Part shown: positions 1 through 7,900 of the stretch, one piece after another | Layout of the letters: each line of letters opens with the position of its first letter | Numbering within the stretch: the first letter of the stretch is position 1 | DNA from: a virus | Taxonomy: Duplodnaviria; Caudoviricetes | Virus record (IMG/VR): IMGVR_UViG_3300021982_000011 | Span: 1-25,735 of that record | DNA: 25,735 nt | Reading direction: 5' to 3' (one strand) | The notes under the pieces: generated by a model | Database searches by the model: none | The model's input: only the letters and a program-made list of their open reading frames with translations | Told to the model about the DNA's origin: nothing | Made by a program: the position numbers and the translations under genes

Positions 1-110
1 GTAGTAGTTGTTGTCGACGGAGCCACAGTTGTACTAGTAGTAGTAGTTGTAGGCGCTACAGTTGTACTAGTAGTTGTTGTAGGTGCTACTGTGGTCGTCG
101 TCGTTACGGG
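1..110 (-). CDS. Putative -1 frame C-terminal extension of the 104..607 protein (partial, open to the window edge)
   Basis: CCC GTA ACG ACG ACG ACC ACA GTA GCA CCT... has no stop to position 1 and encodes the same repeat. This frame has no start codon or SD of its own. Confidence 0.65.
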
Positions 111-173
111 CGCACTGTTGTAGTACTCGTAGTTGTTGGAGCTGCTGTAGTGGTTGTAGTTGTAGAAGGCGCT
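1..173 (-). repeat. Thr-rich tandem coding repeat (VAP-T5-7 units), running off the window edge
   Basis: Minus-strand translation gives VAPSTTTTTT AAPTTTSTTT in frame 0. After the stop it continues in the -1 frame as APVTTTTT VAPTTTTSTT VAPTTTTTSTT VAPSTTTT. Confidence 0.9.
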
Positions 174-607
174 ACATCGTCATCAATTTCAACTGTAATA
201 GCACTTCCTGAGAATAAACCATCATAGTTTGTGTCTAAGAAGGCTTTGAAACCAGCAAACAAAGCTTTACCTTCATCAATACTTTCATCCACTTTAAACG
301 TGTGTGGATTAGATAGGGCTTCAATATAGTCTGATGATAAACCAAACAAAATTGATACTGAGCTATCAGCATTTTTAACTGCTACATAGTGTTCATGACC
401 TAAGTCGTCTTTAGTAGTAGCTTTTCCGTCAGAGCCTGCAAAGACAAACTTAATGCCCTTGTTTGCTGCGTCCACAACAAATGAGTTAACATCTTTCCAA
501 GGGTTGTAGATTACAGTTAAGTAATCTACACCAACGTTGATTTCATGCACAGTTGATAAGTCAATTGTGTCTTTCTTAAGTAATTCTTCTAATGAGATAG
601 TAGCCAT
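104..607 (-). CDS. Putative virion structural/decoration protein (post-sigma Herelleviridae protein) with a Thr-rich tail
   Basis: ATG with AAAGGT SD; syntenic position directly after the sigma gene. The SDGK and DEGKALFAGFKAF segments resemble, from memory, the phage K protein at this position. Preceded by a late-type promoter motif. Confidence 0.6.
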   Translation of the reverse strand: MATISLEELLKKDTIDLSTVHEINVGVDYLTVIYNPWKDVNSFVVDAANKGIKFVFAGSDGKATTKDDLGHEHYVAVKNADSSVSILFGLSSDYIEALSNPHTFKVDESIDEGKALFAGFKAFLDTNYDGLFSGSAITVEIDDDVAPSTTTTTTAAPTTTSTTTVRP

Positions 608-650
608 GTTTTTTAAAACCTTTCTTTGTTAAACTTATGTTTGTACATCT

Positions 651-662
651 AATAATATAGCA
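651..662 (-). promoter_or_regulatory. Putative late (phage-sigma) promoter TGCTATATTATT
   Basis: The same motif recurs at 9734-9745 and 25437-25448, and it resembles the TGTTATATTA late consensus I recall for Kayviruses. Confidence 0.55.
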
Positions 663-665
663 AGA

Positions 666-1352
666 CTAATTATCACCTGTAAATTCAGACAGATAACCAA
701 GTAGCTCATCTCTGAAAGTATCAACAAGTATAACTGCGTCGTTTTGTGACATTTCGTGCTCTCGTTTTAAATCTCGTATGATATCAATGTTACGCTCATC
801 TATAAGAACTCCCTGTAGAACAGTCAGCTCTTCTTGTGATAGACTTTTTTGTTTCCAAACAAACCGTATAAAGTCATCATAATAAGCTATCACATCTTCT
901 TCATCTACGTATTCACCTGATGCTTCATGCAACTTATCGTCTAGTTCCTCCTGAATACCAATCGAGTCCTCTTTTGAGTAAACTTTTGTTAGTGTACCCA
1001 TAAAGGACCTCATGGCCCTGAAGGTCAATAACGTCTTAATGTAACCTGGGAAGTCAACTCCACCTGATACATCATACTCTTTAACAAGTCTAACAAAGTG
1101 TTCATTAATATAGCTAAGGAGGTCTTCCTTATCTGTTTGGCTATATAACTTACTAGAAACCTGTTTATATATACTTAGCCTTAGAGGCTTATATAATGAG
1201 TAAAGCCTGTCAGGGTCCCTATTATACTCTGAGTTTGAGCCAGAGGGAGTGTACCTAGACCCTATATCTTTCATTCTACTGCTATCAAAACTTAGTGGCT
1301 TTTCCCATTGAACCACCCTTGACTCTCTGGAGCCGGAACCGCGGTTTCCCAT
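666..1352 (-). CDS. Phage RNA polymerase sigma factor (sigma70-like)
   Basis: Region-2-like DKEDLLSYINEHFVRLVKEYD...VDFPGYIKTLL and a C-terminal helical region. Synteny recA-hyp-sigma. GGAGGT SD before ATG 1352; alternative start at 1274. Confidence 0.8.
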   Translation of the reverse strand: MGNRGSGSRESRVVQWEKPLSFDSSRMKDIGSRYTPSGSNSEYNRDPDRLYSLYKPLRLSIYKQVSSKLYSQTDKEDLLSYINEHFVRLVKEYDVSGGVDFPGYIKTLLTFRAMRSFMGTLTKVYSKEDSIGIQEELDDKLHEASGEYVDEEDVIAYYDDFIRFVWKQKSLSQEELTVLQGVLIDERNIDIIRDLKREHEMSQNDAVILVDTFRDELLGYLSEFTGDN

Positions 1353-1663
1353 ACTCTTAACTTACCTCCTTTGCCCTTTATGTGGACTTCTTGTGAAATA
1401 ACATCACTGTACGAAATTGTAAAGGGCAAGTAAACACTCTCCCCCTCAATTACCAAATGCTTTTTTAATAAAACAAAATTATCATAAGTTTTATCAACTG
1501 TTACTTTAATAGATAAAGGGTCATTATGAAACTCAACCATTAATTTTTCATTGGCCTTTTTAAGCTTATCAAACATATGCTTTACCAAATGCTTATTTAG
1601 TAAAGGTTCTCCTTTATAAAAGTACATTGGTTGAAATAACTCCGTTCGTCCCATTGCGTTCAT
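1292..1663 (-). CDS. Conserved hypothetical protein between recA and sigma (small beta-rich domain)
   Basis: Start moved to ATG 1663, which has a GGAAGGT SD 7 nt upstream. The track's TTG at 1705 lies inside the promoter. Confidence 0.75.
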   Translation of the reverse strand: MNAMGRTELFQPMYFYKGEPLLNKHLVKHMFDKLKKANEKLMVEFHNDPLSIKVTVDKTYDNFVLLKKHLVIEGESVYLPFTISYSDVISQEVHIKGKGGKLRVWETAVPAPESQGWFNGKSH

Positions 1664-1693
1664 TACTAATACCTTCCTTTCTTCAATAATTAT

Positions 1694-1722
1694 ATTATAC
1701 CACAAAAAAAGACTAGCGTCAA
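1694..1722 (-). promoter_or_regulatory. SigmaA-type promoter TTGACG-N17-TATAAT with extended TG
   Basis: -35 at 1717-1722, -10 at 1694-1699, TGTGG immediately before the -10. Confidence 0.85.
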
Positions 1723-1733
1723 CTAGTCTTTTT
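1704..1733 (-). terminator. Intrinsic terminator after recA (possibly bidirectional)
   Basis: AAAAAGACTAG-TTGACG-CTAGTCTTTTTTT immediately after the stop codon. Confidence 0.8.
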
Positions 1734-1734
1734 A

Positions 1735-2940
1735 TTATTCATCTTTTTCGGTTTCTTCCGGAACTTCTTCCATTTTTTTACTTTTATCAAGCACTTTTAC
1801 TTTTGAGAATAATTCACTAGCAGCCAGTGGATAGTTCTTATTTTTTAAAGCAGGGTGTCCTTCTGGGAAATATAGGTCAGATAATTCTTTTTCTAACCAG
1901 GCAAACACAGGAGTATACTTTTTGATTTCCCCGCTTTCAATCAACCCAGGCAAATCTTTTTCATAAATTTCAATCTGCTCCCCAGTTTCTGGGTCAGGTA
2001 CTTTATAATACTTACCTTTATTACCCCCACTACCTGGCTTAATAATTTTAGCCTCTACACCATCTAAAAGCAAGTTAATTGACTCATGGAAACCATATAA
2101 ACCAAATAACCAAATTCCCTTTACTTTTACTCTTGGCTGTGATAACTTCGACTTAACAAGCCTAAACTGAGTCATATGACCAAAGTCTTCTCCAGCCAAC
2201 GTTTTGCTAGCTAGCTTATCTAATCGAATACGGAACGTTGTGGCATGTCGAAGAACATGGCCTCCTGGAGTTTCAACAGTATCTGCAAACGGTCCAGGCA
2301 TTCCCCCGATTTTATCACGAACTTGGTTGATAAGTAGCAACGCTGAGTTAGTCTTTGTAGCCAAGGGCTGTAGCTTGTAAAGAGCTTGTGACCAGGCCTT
2401 TGCTTGAATTCCAGGCTGCTTCAAGTCATAGTCACCTTTAACGGTTGACTTTCCCATTGACTGACCGACGGAGTCTACCACAATAACAACAGAGTGGCCC
2501 GCTTCATGAAACTTTAGCATAACCTTTTCCATCTGTTCCGCCATTGATTCAATAGCCATTTCTTCTAGGTCATCACTTTTTGGTTGGTACATGATAGTCT
2601 TTGACATATCTACGCCCATCTCTTCTAAGTGCTCCCTATTGTTCGTTCCTTCCACATCAAACCAAACAACATAAATACCCATTTCATTAGCCATCCGGTT
2701 TAGTTGGATAACAAAGGTAGATTTACCAACGTTTTCTTTAGAGAAAATTTCAGTAATTCTAGACATTGGAATTCCACCTGCCAAAGCTGCGTCTAACGCA
2801 GGAATTCCAGTGGGAATAAAGTCATCAACAGACGCGGCGTCGTAATCCTTAGCGGTAACAAATCCATCACCTAGTCCTAAGTCGGATAGGTCAAAAGCCC
2901 CACCCTCTAAACTACTTTTTTTACTTGCTCTAGTAGCCAT
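1735..2940 (-). CDS. recA: RecA/UvsX-like recombinase
   Basis: IPTGIPALDAALAGGIP, Walker A SKENVGKS, FDVE, Walker B VVDSV, LLINQVR, TPGG motifs. Confidence 0.95.
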   Translation of the reverse strand: MATRASKKSSLEGGAFDLSDLGLGDGFVTAKDYDAASVDDFIPTGIPALDAALAGGIPMSRITEIFSKENVGKSTFVIQLNRMANEMGIYVVWFDVEGTNNREHLEEMGVDMSKTIMYQPKSDDLEEMAIESMAEQMEKVMLKFHEAGHSVVIVVDSVGQSMGKSTVKGDYDLKQPGIQAKAWSQALYKLQPLATKTNSALLLINQVRDKIGGMPGPFADTVETPGGHVLRHATTFRIRLDKLASKTLAGEDFGHMTQFRLVKSKLSQPRVKVKGIWLFGLYGFHESINLLLDGVEAKIIKPGSGGNKGKYYKVPDPETGEQIEIYEKDLPGLIESGEIKKYTPVFAWLEKELSDLYFPEGHPALKNKNYPLAASELFSKVKVLDKSKKMEEVPEETEKDE

Positions 2941-2954
2941 TAAATATCCTTTCT

Positions 2955-2983
2955 AAATAACAAAACAAGGCAAATGCCTTGTT
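2955..2983 (-). terminator. Hairpin between ssb and recA (weak terminator or leader structure)
   Basis: AACAAGGC-ATTT-GCCTTGTT followed by TTGTTATTT. Confidence 0.5.
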
Positions 2984-3008
2984 ATATTCTATGCAATTAT
3001 ACAGGTAG

Positions 3009-4112
3009 TTAGTTACCCAAAATATTAGCTAACATATCATCAATTGATGCTGCTTCTGAAGGTGTTTGGATTTCAGTTTGTGTAGCAGGTTCAGCTTTTG
3101 CAACGGGTGGAGTTTGTGCAACAGGCGTGCTTTGTGTAGCCTGTGCAGGAGGTGTTGTTTGCGCAGCAGGTGGAGTTTGTGCCGTTGCCTTATTAGGAAT
3201 AGCACTTTCATCAATATTTACACCAGCAAAGGGGTCTGGGAAACTTTCTCCAGCAACAGGCTGAGCTGTGCTAAAGGCTGGCTTGGTGTAGTCTAAACCA
3301 CTAGCGGTAGTTTGTTGCTGAGCCGCCTCACCATTTGGGTTACCCATCTCCTCCATAAAGTATACCACAGATTGGAACCAGTTTGGTTGAGTAACATTTG
3401 TAGGCTTGATGATGTTTTCAAAGTCATCTAATTGCTTAGCCACACCAGGCAAGTCTTCAATAATAGGTAAAGTCTTGTTAGCTAATACCTGTACTGAGAA
3501 TTCCGTTGGGGAAGACTTACCAATTTGAACAGGGTAAGACTTACCAAATGAAATAAATGAGTCTAGTACGCCTTGGTCATTTTTAATGGCAAAGTCAACA
3601 TTTGAAGCCTGCTTTAAAATCTTACTATAACCAGACCATCCAATACGGAAAGCAAACACTTGAGGTACACCTTGGTCATTTTTCTTAGGGACGTATTCTC
3701 CTGTATTATCTCGTTCTAATACTAGAGCGTTTAACCAGTAAGTGTTGCTTGGTGCGGCTGGGCCGTGGTCAGTCATCATACGGTTAGCAAACCCCTCTGA
3801 AGTCCACTTGTTAACCTTTTGTTCAGTTTCATTAGTGTTATCCACAGTCTGAGGCAAAACTAGGTTAGTCGTTTGAATTTTAGATGTCATCTTCAAATTG
3901 AAGAAGATAGTACGTTGTTTAACACCTAGTTGAGCCCCTGCTTCTTGCTTAGCCATAGCCAATGAAGGCAAAATGCGCAGTGTCAATTCAGGAGTATTGC
4001 GCTTGTCAATATAAATAGGGGTGTTCTTTGGTGTTGGAATTTCATCTCGTTCACCAGAAGACATTGTTTCCTGTTCTTGTTGCATTGCTTCCAAAAAATT
4101 AAAATTACTCAT
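3009..4112 (-). CDS. Single-stranded DNA-binding protein (gp32-like architecture)
   Basis: N-terminal LRILPS motif, globular core, Q/T/P/A-rich linker and acidic-hydrophobic tail IDDMLANILGN. Sits directly upstream of recA, as in Herelleviridae. Confidence 0.75.
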   Translation of the reverse strand: MSNFNFLEAMQQEQETMSSGERDEIPTPKNTPIYIDKRNTPELTLRILPSLAMAKQEAGAQLGVKQRTIFFNLKMTSKIQTTNLVLPQTVDNTNETEQKVNKWTSEGFANRMMTDHGPAAPSNTYWLNALVLERDNTGEYVPKKNDQGVPQVFAFRIGWSGYSKILKQASNVDFAIKNDQGVLDSFISFGKSYPVQIGKSSPTEFSVQVLANKTLPIIEDLPGVAKQLDDFENIIKPTNVTQPNWFQSVVYFMEEMGNPNGEAAQQQTTASGLDYTKPAFSTAQPVAGESFPDPFAGVNIDESAIPNKATAQTPPAAQTTPPAQATQSTPVAQTPPVAKAEPATQTEIQTPSEAASIDDMLANILGN

Positions 4113-4116
4113 ATTA

Positions 4117-4428
4117 TTACCATATCTCCTTAATCATATACTCGTTTGATTTTAGTACTTGATACATCATATTTGCTAACGGAGCTACTAGAGACTCGTT
4201 ATTAACTTCATCGTCTAACCCAGCCTCGTGTAGCATAGCATGTAGTATTTCATGTACTAACGTTTGTTCTTGTTTCTGTTTAGAAACGTTTCTGGTATAA
4301 ATACATATAGTGCTAGAAACTACATCGGTACGGCCCATATCTTCACTACAGGGCGTATCTATGTAAATTATTTTATAGGTTATACCACCTATTTTAATCA
4401 ATCTGTTAGGATTAGTTTCTAGCGTCAT
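4117..4428 (-). CDS. Small HExxH zincin-like protein (ImmA/IrrE-like metallopeptidase domain)
   Basis: G-x-T...I-x-I...QEQTLVHEILHAML...NNE pattern; GAGGGG SD. Confidence 0.65.
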   Translation of the reverse strand: MTLETNPNRLIKIGGITYKIIYIDTPCSEDMGRTDVVSSTICIYTRNVSKQKQEQTLVHEILHAMLHEAGLDDEVNNESLVAPLANMMYQVLKSNEYMIKEIW

Positions 4429-4867
4429 TTTCCATACCCCTCCTATACAGTGCAGACTTTTGCATTAGCATACGTTCACGTTGTTCAAACGCTTTAACAA
4501 CATATGTTAGCATACCTACTTCGCCTTCCCAATATCTCAAGGAGGAAAGTGCGTCTTGATACTCTTTGGTAGATATAACAGCGTCATTAACAACCGCAAT
4601 TGATAATTTAGAACCAGAAGTCCTCACTCTGTTAGACGCTGATGCTCTTACAAAGTCTAGGGAGTCTTCAGCTGCTTTTTGTCGCTGTTTGGCTCGTTCT
4701 AATACAGAAGCCCACCAGGCGTACTTAGCAGACTGGGCTTCCATATCAACAAATAATGTTGCGTCTGATATGGATAGCTCTTGTCTAAGGTCAATAGTAA
4801 ACGGTTCCCCGTTTTCATTGACAAAATCAAGCGTCGCAGTTGTATCTCTATTTAAAACATATTCCAA
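4412..4867 (-). CDS. UvsY-like recombination mediator (helical)
   Basis: Helical protein with QSAKYAWWAS and VKAFEQRERML, located between pol and ssb. TTG start with AAGGAG SD. Confidence 0.6.
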   Translation of the reverse strand: MEYVLNRDTTATLDFVNENGEPFTIDLRQELSISDATLFVDMEAQSAKYAWWASVLERAKQRQKAAEDSLDFVRASASNRVRTSGSKLSIAVVNDAVISTKEYQDALSSLRYWEGEVGMLTYVVKAFEQRERMLMQKSALYRRGMENDARN

Positions 4868-4894
4868 AGCCTTCTCCTTTCCTTGACTATTACT

Positions 4895-4923
4895 ATTATA
4901 ACACAGGATAAATTTAATGTCAA
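4895..4923 (-). promoter_or_regulatory. Consensus sigmaA promoter TTGACA-N17-TATAAT (extended TG)
   Basis: -35 at 4918-4923 contains the polymerase TGA stop; -10 at 4895-4900. Confidence 0.9.
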
Positions 4924-7900
4924 CCTTCTATAAGTTGATACTCTGGTTTTGATTTTTCCAGTTCTTTCAGAGCTGCCTCATACTCTTCCTTAGTTATAAT
5001 CTTAGCCTCTTCTTTATCCTCTATAATTTTAGCTTCACGATAATAGTCAGTAAAACCTTTTGTAGACTTAAAGGAGTAGAAATCTTCTTTATCATAACCA
5101 AACTCATACCCATAGTTTGCTCCTACATCAGCTGACGCTTCCATAGGGAACAATACTTGTTCTCCATTGTGGTCAATCCTGAGCATGGCTAACGGCAGAT
5201 GTTCCATAATGTACTTTGCTATTTGAACAGCTTTATCAACATCCTTATGTGCAGCTGAGAGCGTTATACTATCATGTACCGTCATAATAATATCTGCGTT
5301 AATATCTGTAGTCATAAGGTATTGGTCGATACCTATTAAGGCCATTTGGGTCATCATAGCAGATGAACCTTGAATTACCGTATTAAACGACTCACGTAGA
5401 GCCTTTTGCTGCTTTGCGTACTGGTTAGAGAAAATGTTGCCAAGTTGTCTAACGAACCCTGAGGCAGGTATTCTAATAGACCCGTTCTTACGAGCCTCAT
5501 CCTGCGCGGCTTCCATAGCGTACTTAACACGAGGTTTACTAGAGAAGTATTTATTAAATAATGCCTCTGCTTCCTCTTTTGTAACGTTTTCATCTGCGGC
5601 GTAACCAATAGGGGTCTTGCCGTACATTAGTCCGAACACAACTTTTTTAGCAGCCTGACGCTGGTCTTTAGTAACCTCTTCAACAGGAACATCGAACACT
5701 AACGAGGCAGTATCCTTGTGGACATCACGTCCATTAAGGAATGAGTCTATCATAGATTCATCTTTAGCAACAACAGCCGCTAAATGTGCTTCTTGTGATG
5801 AAAAATCAAGGTTTATAATAGTATCTTGACCCTTGGAAAGGTTTGGTAAGAACGCACGCTTAATTGGATAGTTATAGTCAAACGCTGTAGGGTCATTTGT
5901 TGATTTACTAATATTCTGCATGTTGGGGTCTTTTGAAGCAAGCCGGGTCGTACCTGTTTTAGTACTAACATACTTACCATGTAGCTTACCTTGACTATCT
6001 GTTCGAGCAATCAGAGCATAAGTATAGGTTGATTGAAGTTTATCTAACCTTGCATAGCGTTGGTATAACTTAGCAAATTCAAAATCTGGGTTATTTTTAA
6101 TAACTTGTTCTATAGCGTCTGAGCTAGTAGAAAAATCTTCATAAGTGACGTCTGACTCCAGCACTTGCTTGTTACGAATTTTTTTCAAAAAACCATCCGT
6201 TACAAAACCTTTTTCAATAGGTAGCTGGTGCTCTTTATCAAAAAATAAAGTATAGTGTGAGTCTAATGCTTTACCAGGAGAAAATTCTAGGCCATCTTTA
6301 TAAGTAGTATAATACTTATAAATAGAGGAGTCCCTTTCTTTTACAGGCTTGCTTTTTTCTTCTACCCCTGCTTCATAGAGACTAGCTTTGTAGTCTTGTG
6401 TTCTTCTAACCTCGGGCGTTTCAAGCATTTGATTATATATAGACTCAAGTTCTTCTTTGAATACTCGTCCAACTTCACTTAAATAATCAATGTCTAATGT
6501 TACCCCTGTGGCTTCAATATTAGTCAACGTATTTATTAGCTTAGGATAATGATTAACATACAGGTTGTAAAACTCTGGGTTCTTTTTTATTTCATCAATA
6601 AAACGTTTATGAATTCTAACTGTAGCATCTGTATCTCCGCTAGCATAGGTTGTTAAAATTCGGTAGGGTATCCAAGAGTAATCAAACTTCTCACTAGTAG
6701 AGTTTTCATTTCTTATCAGTTTAGGCTCTTTGAACACGTCTAGTAAATGAACAGCTAAATTATATGTGGATACCTTTTCATCATCGTTCAAAAAAGGCAA
6801 ATAGTCACTATCTACAATTTCAGCTCCACCCTTATTTAAGAATAAATGAACTTTTTCAACGAATGTTTTTTCATATACTTTTTTAAGCTTGGCTCCACGA
6901 GCTCTAGTAAATCCAAGTATAAACCAGTTTTTAAACTCATCTAAAGCGGAGTCATACTCCCCCATATCTGTATACTGAATAGCCAAAGCTTTTAGTGTCT
7001 TAGATACAGTTTCGTCTTGAGAAACTAAAATGTAGTAAGCAACAAGAGTATCTAACGTAGACTTAAACTGAACAGGACCAAATATACTTTTTGTTTGAAA
7101 CTCATCAAAAGTAATGTTATGGCCGACAAGATACGTCCCTGACTGGTATAGCTCTATTAACTTAGCTACTACCCTAGCCTTATCCTCAGTAGACAAGGGA
7201 TTATCTGGGTGGTCAATTGGGAAGGTAATACCTGTTCCTTCTGTGAAGGACAACGATACAGTTAATATTTTAGATGTTGGTTCTGTACCTGATAATGTAT
7301 TGGTTTCATAGTCCCAACCAATAGGATTTTCTGGTGTATTATTATAATTAATAGCCATATCAAGCACAGCAATAATTTTATCTACATCTTTATTGGTTAA
7401 GGTTGTATAGTGTACTGGAGCCTTTTTAAATATCTCAAGCCCCTTGAATAGGAAGTTGACCAGAACCTCAAAGTCAAGCTTAGCAAGTCTTTTAGCATCA
7501 GGATTGGACATGACATACCCTGGGGAATAAGTTCCTAGTGCAGTATATGACTTTCCGTCAACTGATACTGGCGTTTCCCTAGAACGAAGCTGTGCTATAC
7601 TGCCTACGCCTGTAAGCAACTTTGCTGAAAGAGTACCCGCAAGCAAAATAGCGTCAGGATTATACTCACTAATTGTCTTTTGTATTTCCGGTAAGCTTTC
7701 TTTAACTACTTGGTATGTGGGTGGCTGGTATATGTTTAACTCTGGGTTTCTCTTATTTTCCTTAATAAGGTTAGGTATTAAGGGGTAGGCAAAAATTGTT
7801 TTGACATCAATAGGAGTATCAATTCCCAAATCTTTAGCTGTTAACTTTGTCATCCCCTTTAAATACTTGCCATCATTAGACTGGTCAAACCTGTTAAATA

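Noticed and set aside
1-173. Left-end repeat as a CRISPR array or replication origin
   Set aside because: No repeat-spacer structure; triplet periodicity with synonymous variation shows it is coding.
1664-1705. N-terminal extension MWYNIIIEERKVLV of the 137-aa ORF
   Set aside because: This is the translated promoter (TTG TGG TAT AAT); the SD-supported start is ATG 1663.
2716-2742. RecA Walker A beginning with Ser (SKENVGKS), suggesting inactivation
   Set aside because: GKS and all other motifs are intact, and substitutions at the first position are tolerated.
2980-2989. TGTTATATTC on the plus strand as an antisense late promoter into ssb
   Set aside because: Imperfect match that overlaps the hairpin arm; single instance.
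3106-3182. 14-nt direct repeat GGTGGAGTTTGTGC
   Set aside because: Encodes the repeated AQTP linker peptide; not an iteron or CRISPR repeat.
3029-3296. Alternative-frame ORFs 3029..3214 (-) and 3066..3296 (+, Cys-rich)
   Set aside because: Shadows of the low-complexity Q/T/P/A linker of ssb; no SD.
4566-7311. Nested or antisense ORFs in uvsY and polA (4566..4886, 5375..5608, 5813..6010, 7114..7311)
   Set aside because: Fully overlap well-supported genes; no recognisable motifs or SD; not intron-encoded nucleases.
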